Positions 37,285 through 50,969 are shown, counted from the stretch's first letter. The stretch: DNA of 64,000 nucleotides from Octopus bimaculoides (GCF_001194135.2 NC_068986.1:2921660-2985659), one strand, 5' to 3'. A program made the numbers and translations. Notes: generated by a model from the sequence alone, not told the origin.

Positions 37285-38745
37285 GGTTGTCGATTAAATC
37301 TGCTCTAGTACTAGGGTTCAACTTCCAGCGGGAGTTGAACTCGAAACTAAAGATCCGGAAGAAATATCACGAGGTATTTTTCTGACACTGTAACGGTTCT
37401 ACCAGCTCACTAGTTTGGGGCAAGCTAGCAATTCAAGCACAACACGAGCATTTTTCTAGGGGTTGGGGTTGATATAATCGACCCGAATCCAGTACTTGGC
37501 TAAAAATATATTTCATCGACTCCACTTGGATGAAAGGCAAAGCTGACGACGGCAGGTTTTGGACTAAAGGTTTAGCTAATAATAATGGCTTAAAATGAAC
37601 GTTAAGGTCTGTAAGAAACATCGAGCAATTTCTTCCGAACCAGGGTCTGCCTTAAAATTGCTGGCCAAATGGATTTCTGTCTCCTTAATAAAATCTTTTA
37701 TTTCTTTAAATATTTTCTCACACACCTTTCCATATGGGAGATCTCAAACATGAGGTGGCGCTCCTCAGCACGTATTACGCCACTTAACTGTCAGCTGGAA
37801 CATTTCCATTCCTGCAGAGGTCAACTTTGTTTTTCATCCTTCGATGAAATAAGTTACCAGTCAAATTATCTAATTGACTGTCCCCTAACCACAAAACCCC
37901 GCCAAGGTTTTAGGAAGAAATAAGGATGAAAACAGAAAAAAAACTGACAATTAAAAGACAAAATAAAAATAAAAATAGCTGCAGAAAATTTTCATTTAAG
38001 CCTAGGGCCCAAAATACTGAGCTGAGGGTTTTGTCGATGAAATCGATTCCAGTACTTGACCGGAACTCAATTTCTAACATAGGCCCAAAGCCTGAATTAG
38101 AGGTGGGTGGTAAGTCGATTGTATCGAGCCCAGTAATAGAATTATACTTTATTTTATCGACTCCAGTATTTAACTGGTACCTTATTTTATCGACTGTAGT
38201 ACTTAACTAAAACTTTATTTAATTGACTCTGAAAAAAGAAAAATCAATGTTGATCGTGGTGGAATTTGAACTCAAGATGCAAACAGCTGGAAGAATACCA
38301 CAGAGAAATTCGACGCGTTAGCGATTCTGCAATCTACTGCCCTAATGGCTGTGGAAATAATTCTTTCTATTATAGCCAAATGGTCTGAAATTTGGTGGCG
38401 ATTACACCAACACTAGTGCTCAACTGGTACTTATTTTATCGACCCCGAAATGATAAAGGTCAAAGTTGCTAACCATTTTGCCTGGCGTGCTAACGATTCT
38501 GGCAGCTTGCCGCCTTAATAGTTACAGAAATAATGGTTTTAATTTGTTAGCATAGGGCCAGCAATTTTTGTGGCAGTGGTTAAAGTCGATTACTATGTTC
38601 AAATGGTACTTATTTTATCGGCCTAGAAAGGATAAAAGGAATGGTGGACCTCGGCGGAATTTAAACTCAGAACGTAATGACGAACGAATTGCTTCTCGGC
38701 ATTTTACCTGGCGTGCTTAACGTCTCTGCCAACTCGCTGCCTTAA
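37285..38745. mobile_element. Cluster of about six SINE A copies, mostly minus, one plus (about 37740-37900)
   Basis: Repeated family A head, core and tail motifs. Confidence 0.8.
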
Positions 38746-39169
38746 AAGCTACAGAAATACTAAAAGGTAGACACTCAAGAAGACACGATGAAATAAAAAC
38801 TAAATGGAAAAGAAAACTTCTTTATTGCTCCGGGAGTAAAACAAACATATTGTGACTGATTTCAGGTGGGTGGAATACTAAGACTGGACGATTGATGACC
38901 GCATCATAGGATATGAATATTCTCCCGCTATAAATAAACAACAGATGCATGACACTAAATAAAACATTTGATCGTATATTCCTCAATCTGTCTGACTGTG
39001 GCTAGCAAAATACCTCCAGCTGAAACTTCTACGGTTTTACCGGATTAATAAAATCAACAATGACAAAAACAAACTGCAGTAGAGTCTGTATGAGAAGCCT
39101 ATGCGTGTTTACGCAACCTATTTGAAATAGCAGATAAATATTCCTCAGATAATACATTCTGGTGTATTA

Positions 39170-39323
39170 AAAGAAAAAGGAAGACCGCATTGAATGATGG
39201 ATTTCTGAATGTACTCGGTCTGGAGAGAAGACGCGATAGACGTTGACCATGAGCACGTTCAACATGCTGCACCTGAAGAAGAAGAAGAAGAAGAAGAAGA
39301 AGAAGAGGAGGAGGAGGAAAAAA

Positions 39324-39369
<46 letters not shown>

Positions 39370-39382
39370 AGAAGAAGAAGAA
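39170..39382 (+). mobile_element. Possible RTE-type LINE 3' end with (GAA)n tail
   Basis: GGAAGACCG (GRP) relic followed by ...GCACCTGAAGAAGAAG and a long (GAA)n; motif support is weak. Confidence 0.35.
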
Positions 39383-39477
39383 GGCACTTTTAATAATGCA
39401 TTCTGAGCAGTGTTCCATGACAGTTCAACATTTTGGAATTAACGAAGGTTTCCGTAGTTACGTTTCACAAAAAAAAT

Positions 39478-40075
39478 TACGAGGTCGGCTAAAAGTTCAT
39501 ACGTTGATCAAGATAGTCTCATGAAATGTGACAAAATGAGGTTTATTTTTCAACATAGTCCCTCTTGCGGTCCACACACTTCTTCCAACGGTGTTGGGTC
39601 CCATTGGTGAAGAAGCTTTCATCCTGTTAGTCAAAAAAGTCATCAGCAGCAGATATGACGTCATCATCGATGCGATACAGGTTCACAGGCAAGTATTTAT
39701 TTCATGCTGGGGAACAGACGATGGTCATATGGAGGCAAATCAGGAGAACAAGAAAGGTGATCAACCAGTTCAAAGCCACAGTCACACACAGCAACCAGTG
39801 AAATCAAGGACTTGTTTGCTGAAGCATTGTCCTGATGAAACAAAGACCCTTTCATCACTTTTCCTGAGTGTTTGGCCTTGATCACCTTCCGTAACTCTCT
39901 ATTGATGGTGTGGCCCTTTCGAAGGTAGTCAATAAATACAATGCCTTTAGCATCCCTAAAAACTGCAGATGAAACAACTTTGGCCTTCTTTGGTAGAGGT
40001 GAGGAGAGGCGTTTCCACTGCATGGATTGTCAACATTTCTGTTTTTGCAACGGTGAATCACGAAGTACATAAAGC
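39478..40075 (-). mobile_element. Mariner relic: catalytic domain and 3' TIR
   Basis: ORF 39697-40023 contains MQWK..SSP.PKKAK, HQDNA and SPDLPPYD (D,D34D domain); terminus TACGAGGTCGGCTAAAAGTT at 39478. Confidence 0.92.
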
Positions 40076-40461
40076 TATAATACTGTGTAAAAACGCTTGC
40101 TGTCTGACTTCGGCTTCCTAACAGTTACAAGCTATTAATTATAGCTTTATCTGTTTCGAGATTCGCCGTTCCCAGAAACAATTATTTTACGTTGTCGAAG
40201 TTTCTAAATTCTTATGACGCCAACAGTCTACATATATACATAAATACATACATACATACATACATACATTCATACATACATACATACATACATACATACA
40301 TACATACATACATGCATGCATGCATGCATGCATACATGCATACGCGCTCGCACACACACACGGGCGTTGAATTCTGGAGAATTATATTGATGCGCATATG
40401 CGTATGTATGTATGTATTTATGTATATATATGTACATATTGATATGTATATATCTGTGTAG

Positions 40462-40505
<44 letters not shown>

Positions 40506-40720
40506 NNNNNNNNNNTGTGTGTGTGTGTGTGTGTGCGTGTGTGTGTATGTGTGTGTGTGTGTGTTATTGTGTGTTATTTAAAAATGGAACGATAGTTTTG
40601 ACCGATTTCGGATATTTTCCAAGGGTTCTTGAAAAGTCGCTGAGCCATTTTAGAATTTATATAGAAAATGTATTTATTTATGTATGTATGTATGTATGTA
40701 TGTATGTATGTATATATGTA

Positions 40721-40761
<41 letters not shown>

Positions 40762-42110
40762 TAATGTATGTATATGTGTGCGTGGGTATGCATCTGTGTC
40801 TGCATGCATGAATACCTGTAAATATGTAACCATGTATATATGTATGTACGTATGTTAGGATGTATGTATTGTGTATGTAATGTGATTTTAAAGTAAATTA
40901 AAGATAGCAGATATTAATTACTGAAAAAGGACGACAAGCGAAAGAAAAAAATAATTCAATAAATAACAAGCATAAGAAAAACTAGTTCAATAACTAAAAA
41001 CGTTGAAATACGCGCACGCGCGCGGTCGTCTGCTACTGGAAGCACAGCAGCCACAGCGACGTCGGCGGCGGCAGCGGCTGCAGCAATAACTATTCTGCGA
41101 AAGATCGTAAACGTAGCCAATGCAGCTACTAAGAATCGTAGTGAAGAGGTCGTAGTTACAATTATAAATCCTTTAAGTGTTGGGTTTGCTTTTGTTCCAG
41201 TTTTCCTGGGTTTAATGAGTAACTGTAGCACACTGTGGATAAATATACCAACATCAAAGAGAGAACTATGACTCTCACTTGGTATCGATCTCCAAGTAAA
41301 AGGTCAACGCTAAACAATCGATATTGATACGTCTGCAGTCTGGCTAATTGAGAAATATAAGGAAAAAAAGGAAGCCAAAGCGCTTTTGTAGACAGAATGA
41401 TTCACCCACGAGAAACGGTGAGGTGACGATGTGTAAGAGGCGTCATCTAGCAATATTAACGATTCTCTTAGATGGGCGAGTATCAGAACATCAGGACTAT
41501 CACCAGACGGGGAATAATGGACATGTTGAAGCTTATCAAAGCTGACATGATGAATCACACAAGAAGAGTATAGAGTATACACACACACATACATACATAC
41601 ATACATACATACATACATACATACATACATACATACTTACATACATACATACATATATATTCCTGGTGTTACCTGATTAAATTTTCAAAATTAAATTAAA
41701 TTTAGCACTTACATTATTTTATCTAAATTTTAAGATTAATTTTCAAACGTTATATGAAAACCAAAATGATTCGAGAATTAAAAAATACATAGGTTATATA
41801 TATATATATATATTTGTGTGTGTGTGTGTGTATTTATGTATGTATACATATATATNNNNNNNNNNNNNNNNNNNNNNNNNNNNNNNNNNNNNNNNNNNNN
41901 NNNNNNNNNNNNNNNNNNNNNNNNNNNNNNNNNNNNNNNNNNNNNNNNNNNNNNNNNNNNNNNNNNNNNNNNNNNNNNNNNNNNNNNNNNNNNNNNNNNN
42001 NNTATATACATATACATATATCATTGCTATATAATAAAAAGTATAATTATAATGGAGAGTACACGAAGCACCAGTCTGCTAGATATATAAGTTAAAATAT
42101 ATATACATAA

Positions 42111-42169
<59 letters not shown>

Positions 42170-42402
42170 TGTTTTAATTATTATGAATCTTTTCTGTATA
42201 TATATATATATATATCTTAACAGGAGCCTAAGGCTCATTCCCATACCTGAGTTTAACTATAGTAGCAAGAATTAACTGTTGCCATTAAATTAGAGTACAA
42301 AGGTAATTTATCAAAGATATTAGGCATTCTAACATAAACAGTAATCTAACGCGGTTTTCTGCTAGTTCGTCCTGTAAGGACATACATATACGCATGCATA
42401 CA

Positions 42403-42433
<31 letters not shown>

Positions 42434-42597
42434 CTACAAACAAACATACATTCATACATACTTGCAATAGCTATAAAGATGCAAGTCTCCATTGTACATT
42501 TTGTATGGAGTTCTACATCAGATGATGTCTATTTACTGTATAATATACACCTATATATATTTAACATTCACAATATTATGATACATACATACATACG

Positions 42598-42675
<78 letters not shown>

Positions 42676-42862
42676 TATATATGTGAGTGTCTGTATGTGT
42701 GTGTGTGTATATTAACACCTATGCATTCCTATCTATCCATTTGCTTATATATATGTATGTCTCATACACACATATATATATTCAGCATGTGCAACCATTA
42801 ACCCAGGCTCATTTTTTTCTTCTTGTTCCATTTCCCCCTCTGTCTGTTTTCTCTCTTCAGTC

Positions 42863-42988
42863 CTTTCCGTAGAAGACCGTAGGCTTGAAACATCAAAGAC
42901 TTCTTCCATTTTTCCTGAGCGTTAAACTAATGCACCTGGTTCGTACTTACCTCACCTGTCTCTGTCTTTTGCTTTTTGCTTTCTGTAT
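42863..42988 (+). mobile_element. Repeat family G, second copy
   Basis: CTTT-CCGTAGA-A-GACC GTAG GCTT-GAAAC ATC-AAAG plus downstream homology to 29255-29340(-). Confidence 0.65.
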
Positions 42989-43073
42989 AATTATATATAT
43001 GGTTGACTCATATATATATAGTTGACTCATGTATATAGCTGACTCCTATAGATATATTTGTAGATAAAATAGG

Positions 43074-43116
<43 letters not shown>

Positions 43117-43319
43117 GAGAGGGAGTTGGGAGAGAAATTGTCGCCTTCAGATGTCCCGATGCGGTTGTCTCTGAACGAGCTGCCTAACTAATTTAATTTT
43201 TTAAAATAGAAACAGGGTGCCATACACTGACAATAGAATTTTTATGGGCTTAAGCTGGGGTCTAGTTTCGATTTTCGGTTGTTTTGCATCATTCTTGTTA
43301 TTAATACTCTTTGTGAAAA

Positions 43320-43535
43320 AGGCGGCGAGCTGGCAGAATCGTTAGCACGCTGGACGAAATGCCTAGCAGTATTTCGTCTGCCGCTACGTTCTGAGTTCAA
43401 ATTCCGCCAAGGTCGACTTTGCCTTTCATCCTTTCGGGATCGATAGATTAAGTACCAGTTACGCCTTGGGGTCGATATAATCGATTCCCCTCCGCCCACC
43501 GAACTTTCTGGCCTTGTGCCAAAATTTGAAATCAA
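43320..43535 (+). mobile_element. SINE A, well-preserved full copy
   Basis: Close to the by-eye family consensus. Confidence 0.92.
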
Positions 43536-44435
43536 TGTCCCTGGGAAAGGCGTAATCGTCCTCCATTTCCCATTCTACTCACCTAAAATTCTTAACTGAT
43601 TACAACGGAACTAATTAACTATCACTTAATAGCTCTTGTTGGAACACTGTCAAAGAACTAATGATAAAAAATAAATAATTAGATATTGGAGCTTAAATTC
43701 ACACTATTGTAATAAAGCTTTACATGTGGAATTCGTGGTCTCGCGTTCGATTCCACTCTACTACCACCGGCATGCATCTTCTATCATAACCCCCAAATGG
43801 ACCAGTATCGTGTGAGTGAAATTTGGTTGACAGAAACTATGTAGAAGCTTGTTAGAGGTACCATATCCGTTCTCAGGTGGTAAGGTTTATCCATTACCTG
43901 GCTTTACACTACCACTTGGCGCTTGGCTGTCTCTAACACAGTCGAATCTGTTGCATGCAATCAGACTATACTTCCGGTTTGAGAATGACCTTCTCGCTTT
44001 ATCCCATCGACCTCGACAAAGTCATTTAAAAAAAAGGCCCAGCATCCCTTTAGGATGAACAGGCAGTACTGAAATACTAGACAGTGAGCTAGTCGAGCCG
44101 TTAAATCGTCGGCTAGAGTGCCTAGTGGGATTGTTCTGACCCTGTGCATTCTGAGTTCAAACCCTGTTAAGATACACCCTTGCTTTTCATTCTTTCGGGG
44201 TCGATATATTAAAGACCAGTCCAGTACTGAGATCGATTTCTCTCTTTATCATTATTTAAGTTAGTATTTGGAACATAAGTTCACATGAAGTGCTGATGGA
44301 AGGTTTTAATTAAGATCCGTTTAAAACATCAAGTTTGTATCCAAGGGCAATTTGAGGCAGGTGGATATTAAAAAAAGTTAAAGATCATCATCGAATTACA
44401 AACGGCTTCTAGTCGGGAATAAGCAGACACTAACC

Positions 44436-44478
<43 letters not shown>

Positions 44479-44799
44479 ACACACACACACACTTCACATT
44501 CTCCTTGTCCAATGTTTTCTAAGATACCCCCGAGTATTGTATATGACCCCGTGAACTTTTGTTATCGCAATAAGTCGGGTATTTTAAAGCATTGTCACAA
44601 TGTATAGTTAGTCTTATTACGTAGCAAGTCTCGTCCCTTTACATAAGGTAGGTTCCTTAAACGAAGAATTTATAGATCAAATCAATCACAGTATATAACT
44701 AGTATTTATTTTATGTCGATTCGTTGGGTATAAACTGAGGCAATGTTGGCACAAAGATAGTTTTTAACTCAAGACCAAGAGGGACGATACGAAATAATC

Positions 44800-45000
44800 T
44801 TTTCACCTATAGTGGGTAGACAGTCAGTTGATTACATCGACCCCAGTGCTCATTAGATACTTATTTTATCGACTTTGAATGGATGAAAGGCAAAGTCGAC
44901 TTCAGCAGAATTTGAGCTCAGAACATAAGGAACCGAAAGAAATACCGCTAAGTATTTTGTCTAATGCTGTAACGTTCTGCGAGCGTGCCGCTTCGACGAA
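44800..45000 (-). mobile_element. SINE A copy (a plus-strand fragment also lies at about 44090-44240)
   Basis: Family A motifs. Confidence 0.82.
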
Positions 45001-45366
45001 AGAAATAATGCAAAGCAATGATTTCAAAATATGGTCTTTGGGAATTATCAGAGGAGACGTACAGAAGAAGACGTTTCTGTTTGGACTAACTGATGCTCTT
45101 TAGAAATATGTCATGTTATAAATATTCTGTTATTCTATATTGTCGTTGATTCTATAGTCCACTCTTCTTGAAAACACTGCATTAGGAGAGGATACTTGAG
45201 ACACAATCGTTGTTATGTTAACCCTCAGAAGTCCTGACTAAGCAGACATTTCTTCTATGACCATCCTGTCTTTTTAGAAGTATATCTAAAATCACGTTAT
45301 CCAATATTTTCCTTGTCCTTAACTTTTCAAAGTGGAGACAAGCACCTCCGCCCAGCAAAGCCAGCA

Positions 45367-45409
45367 TCCAGAGACTAGCTTCAGAGTCATTGCTCATCAT
45401 CAGTCTGGA
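45367..45409 (-). ncRNA. Minimal type-I hammerhead ribozyme motif with one core substitution
   Basis: Minus strand: TCCAGA-CTGATGA-T GAG caatga CTC T-GAAGC TA GTC-TCTGGA; perfect 6-bp stem I and GUC triplet; GAAA is GAAG. Confidence 0.6.
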
Positions 45410-46222
45410 GTAGCATGGCTTGCTAACTGTCGATGCCTATCCTTTCCCAAGGCGGTAGCGTATGATTTGAGGAAAATTTGGTTGCTATTTCTTGCAGGTC
45501 GGGAGCCCACATAGGAACTCTCAGTATCTTATCGATTTACCGTCCTTATCTATATCTGCTGTTTTTTTACCACTTAAACCGTAAGATTAGGAAAACAAAT
45601 GTTTACGGAAAAGTTCTTCCAGGTTGCAACCTTAATCCCCCCCCCCTCTCTCTCTCTCTCTCCCTCTCCCTGTGTGTGTGTATGTATCTGTGTGTAGTGT
45701 GTTTGTCCTGACAAATTATGATACGGTACGATATTTGTGTATGTTCTTTGTTTCATTTATTAATCGTATAAACGACAAAACTTAATCGAAACGTATTTAC
45801 AAGGAGATACAAATGGAGTTATTGGACTGGGCTTATCCTCCGTATTTGACTGTTACACATTTCTTCAACCCCGTCCCTTGAACGATGATATGAGATGAAG
45901 TCATCACCGGCAGGATTTGAACTCAGATTGTAAAGGAACGTAACTGGAAACTGTGAAGTATTATTTATTTTGTCACACTATCATTTATTTTCTACCAGAT
46001 TATTTCTTTATTTATTTTTGAGTAAACACAAGACTTATATTTACTGGGGAGTGCTTATTGTATGCACGAGACAGGGGTTTATAGAAACGTGCAACAATGT
46101 ACACGAGACGAGGTTTTTATAGAAGTGTGCTAAAGTGTGTGAAGAAAATTTTTAAAGGAGTGTATGAGAGAGCACGTGACCGACAACTATCAGGGTGTCT
46201 GGACTGAACCGAGTCTAATGCA

Positions 46223-46437
46223 TTAGCCCTTTTGTTATCCTATTTCCATTAAATCACACTGCCTTTGTGTTAATTAATTTTGAAAATAATGAAGAATTTA
46301 TTAAAATAACTTTGTCATTTTTAAGCAGGTGTTTAGATTATAAATCAACACAAAATTTTAATGGAAAGTTCAAATCTAAATTGCTTTGAAGCAGAAAGTT
46401 TGTATTATAGAACCAAGGGCGGTTATAGACGGGTTGG
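46223..46437. mobile_element. Possible piggyBac-like MITE (partial second copy at 44250-44381)
   Basis: Ends TTAG-CCCTTTT...GACGGG-TTGG resemble TTAA-CCC...GGG-TTAA; the internal sequence recurs at 44250-44381, which ends AAAAGTTAA. Confidence 0.4.
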
Positions 46438-47067
46438 TGGACAACGCCTTCATAGACGCTGCATGTTCTGTTCTTTATTTAAGGAATAAACAGATGGTCA
46501 ATGTCATCTTAAATTAGGTGCTGTGGGTATTGCAGCACTCGGGACCAGACACAAGCCCATGCTAGAGCACCATCTAGTGCATATTTGAAATTTATTGATT
46601 TAATGTTTACATCTGAGGCAATCAAATCGACAATTTCGTTCTGTTTGCCCTGTACCATATCACCAGGTTTACGTGGTTATTGTTACATAACATGAGCTAG
46701 TATTTAATCTTCAATAAGACTTACACACACGCACACACAGACACATGTGCACACAGGCATACACGCACAGACAGTAACAGCTGCAACGTAAGTAGTTTCC
46801 ATGATATCACAAAGACATATAAACTAGCAAATATCATACAGACATACAGACATGCATTCATACAATCGTACACATACACAAATATATATATAAACGTTGG
46901 ATAAGTATCAAATCATTACAGCTGTTTCCAACGTATTTTAAATAGATTAATGAGTTCATCGCGACAACAAAAAAAGACGCGTTTTTATCAGATGATACAT
47001 AGCATTTCAAACAGTAGAACAACCGATGACCACAGTAGGACCAACAACCTGATTCCAGCCATATTTA

Positions 47068-47107
<40 letters not shown>

Positions 47108-47288
47108 CGCGTGCGTATATATATATATGTATNNNNNNNNNNNNNNNNNNNNNNNNNNNNNNNNNNNNNNNNNNNNNNNNNNNNNNNNNNNNNNNNNNNN
47201 NNNNNNNNNNNNNNNNNNNNNNNNNNNNNNNNNNNNNNNNNNNNNNNNNNNNNNNNNNNNNNNNNNNNNNNNNNNNNNNNNNNNNNNN

Positions 47289-47320
<32 letters not shown>

Positions 47321-47358
47321 TGTATGTGTATGCATACATACATAGATAGATACATACA

Positions 47359-47390
<32 letters not shown>

Positions 47391-47720
47391 GGTTAGTGAC
47401 GTTCTAATAAAGAATTTACATCTTTCTTTTTAAAAAATAATTTTAAAAAAATATTAAAAAAAAAACTATATCAAGTAATATTCAAAGACTTTTAAATATA
47501 TATACATGTGTATGTGTGGGGGTGATATACATATAACACGTATGTATGTATGTTTGCTTTAAAGAAATACAAAGTGACTATGACTCAAAGTCACATTGCG
47601 TTTCTTCTCGCCAATAAAAATTTTGGACTCTTCTATATAGGTATTCAATCAGCTTTTCAATTAATGTCTGTCTGTCGGCATGGATATATACTTTATATCC
47701 ATAATATATAGATTTAAATT

Positions 47721-47781
<61 letters not shown>

Positions 47782-48366
47782 CCTATGTATGTGTGTGTAT
47801 GTGTGTGTATGTGTATATANNNNNNNNNNNNNNNNNNNNNNNNNNNNNNNNNNNNNNNNNNNNNNNNNNNNNNNNNNNNNNNNNNNNNNNNNNNNNNNNN
47901 NNNNNNNNNNNNNNNNNNNNNNNNNNNNNNNNNNNNNNNNNNNNNNNNNNNNNNNNNNNNNNNNNNNNNNNNNNNNNNNNNNNNNNNNNNNNNNNNNNNN
48001 NNNNNNNNNNNNNNNNNNNNNNNNNNNNNNNNNNNNNNNNNNNNNNNNNNNNNNNNNNNNNNNNNNNNNNNNNNNNNNNNNNNNNNNNNNNNNNNNNNNN
48101 NNNNNNNNNNNNNNNNNNNNNNNNNNNNNNNNNNNNNNNNNNNNNNNNNNNNNNNNNNNNNNNNNNNNNNNNNNNNNNNNNNNNNNNNNNNNNNNNNNNN
48201 NNNNNNNNNNNNNNNNNNNNNNNNNNNNNNNNNNNNNNNNNNNNNNNNNNNNNNNNNNNNNNNNNNNNNNNNNNNNNNNNNNNNNNNNNNNNNNNNNNNN
48301 NNNNNNNNNNNNNNNNNNATATATATATATATATAAATCAAGGGTGTGTTGCATTCTGTTAATTAA

Positions 48367-48684
48367 TAAGTTAAGAAATTTTAAAAAATGTATAGTAAAT
48401 GGACAAACGAAAAAGAGACACAGAATGACAAGTTAAAAAACATGTAGTACATGCACAAATGAACAGAAAACAGACACAGAAGGTCCCCAATGCCTCATCA
48501 GTTATCGTCCAGTGGGTGCTACGAAATTGCATTAGACCCAGTGGACGGTGACTGATGAAGAATTGGGGATCTACTGTGTCTGTTTTCCGTTCGTCTGTAC
48601 GTGTACTATATACATTTTAACTTGCCATTCTGTGTCTGTTTTCTTTTCTACATTTTCTATACATTTAAAAAATTTTCTAACTTA
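48367..48684. repeat. Palindromic element, about 150-bp arms, 18-nt loop
   Basis: 48367-48517 vs 48536-48684; differences are mostly transitions. Confidence 0.95.
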
Positions 48685-48696
48685 TATATATCCCAG

Positions 48697-48775
<79 letters not shown>

Positions 48776-49214
48776 ATGTATATATATATATACACGCACA
48801 CCGACATGCATCATACTGAAAGTAAAATATTTATATATATTTTGTGCAAACATGTAAATATTAATTATACGAATGTGTACAATACATTCGCGCGCGCGGC
48901 ACTACATATTAATTAGGAGCTGTTCAATACTATATTTACCTACCAAACAATATAGATGTTTGTATGTGTGTGTGTGTGTGAGTGTGTCTGTGTGTGTGTG
49001 TTTGTTTGTATGTATGTGTGCTTGTATGCATGCATGTATGTATGTATAGATTACAGCCATCAGTACAGTAAACCGAGATTTCATGCGTATGAATGGTAAA
49101 CATTGTCAGTCTGCTGCATGCCACTTACTTTCACGAGAAACTTATATTCGGAAAGCAAATCTCATTATTTCGATCTTTATTAATATGGATAGATCTAGAT
49201 TTGTGTCGGAGAAA

Positions 49215-50360
49215 AAGGTAGAGAGCTGGCAGAATCGTTGGCACGCCGGACAAAATGTTTACGCGGCATTTCGTCAGTTTTACGTTATGAGTTCAAATTC
49301 CTCCGAGGTCGACTTTGCTGTTCATCCTTTCGAAGTCGATTAAATAAGTGCCAGTCAATCACCGGGGTCGATGTAATCGACTGGTTTTCTAACCCCAAAT
49401 TTCAGGCCTTGTGCCTTTAATGGAATGGAGTAATATATCAGTGAAAGGCGGTGAGCTGGCAGAGGCATTAAAGTGGCGGAAAAAACGTTTCGCGGCATTT
49501 GTTCTGGTGGTTTTACGTTCTGAGTTCATATACTGCCAAGATCGATAAACTAGGCACCAGTTGAGCACTAGAGTTGATGTAATCGACGACCCACTTTTCC
49601 TAAACTTGATGGTATTATACCAAATCGGCGAACTGGAAAAGTCGTTAGAATGCCGGATATAATGCTTTGCATTATTATATCTGACACTCGGCTCTGAGGT
49701 CAAACTTGCCTTTCATCCCTCAATGGTCGACAAAATAAATACTGTCCAAGAACGAGTCAGTGTAATTAACTAACCCCCACCATTCAATTCCTCACCTTAT
49801 GTCTATATTTTTCAAACTGTGGTACAAAGTCATCATTTTGAGAACAGGGAGGAAAGACAATTGCAGCGGCCCCAGTAAATTGACTGATACTTTATTTTAT
49901 CGATACTGAAAGGATGAAAAGCAAATTCGACCTCGGCGGAATAAGAACCTTTTCTACTATAGGCACAAGGCCTAAAATTTAGAGGGAAGAGACAAGTCGA
50001 TTACATCGATCCCAGCATTTGACTGGTCCCTATTTTATCGACCCCCAAAGAATGAAAGGAAAAAGTCGACCTCGGCGGAATTTGAACTCAGAATGAAATG
50101 CCGCTAAGCATTTTGTCCAGCGTGCTAAGGATTTTGCCACCTCGCCAACTTAATAATAATCCTTCCTACTCTAGGCACACAGCCCGAAATTTTGGGGGAG
50201 GGGGCCAGTCGATTAGATCGACTCCAGTACGCAACTGGTACTTAATTTACCGATCCCGAAGGGATGAAAGGCGAAGTCGACCTCGGCGGAATTTGAACTT
50301 AGAATGGAATGCCACTAAGCATTTTGCCCAGTGTGCTAACGACTCTGCCAGCTCACCAAC
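49215..50360. mobile_element. Six SINE A copies: three plus then three minus
   Basis: Plus about 49215-49420, 49445-49600, 49618-49805; minus about 49820-49945, 49946-50147, 50155-50360. Confidence 0.87.
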
Positions 50361-50969
50361 ATAAACATAATGATGATAATGATGATGATGATGATGATGA
50401 TAATATTTTTTATTATTTAAGGCACCTAATTTTAAGTTTAAATTTTATTTTTACTCTAGAAATCTGTGCTCCTTTTTTTCTTGTTTACGAGATCAATAGA
50501 ACAAGTATCGATAGTTTAACGACTACACATCAATGAACATTTACCGTCAATGGAAAGTTGATGATTCTGTCCAGTTGAACAATCAATAAATGTGTACGTT
50601 TTATAATTACTACACGGCACTGCAGCTGTGTCGATGCTAGAATACAGACAAACAGACACACACACATAAACAAACACACGCGCGCAAACACTCATGGACA
50701 CATACACACACGAAAATATGTATGTATATTGTACACACACACGCATAGTATATATATATATAATACAAACGCACACACATACGCATATATAATATATGTA
50801 TAATACACATACACACGTATATATGTATATGCGTTTAGAGTCACAATTTGCCTAAAGATACTGTGTGCCTACAGGTTAAATTCTACGTAGCAACAGGCTG
50901 ACTCGTCCAAAATAATATCTATCTACCTATCTATCTATCTCTCTGTCTGTCTATCTCTCTGTCTGTCTC

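Noticed and set aside
39209-39524. Poly-E and poly-K ORFs
   Set aside because: Translations of (GAA)n.
48518-48570. Permuted (type II) hammerhead in the palindrome centre
   Set aside because: No stem I or stem II pairing in the required register.
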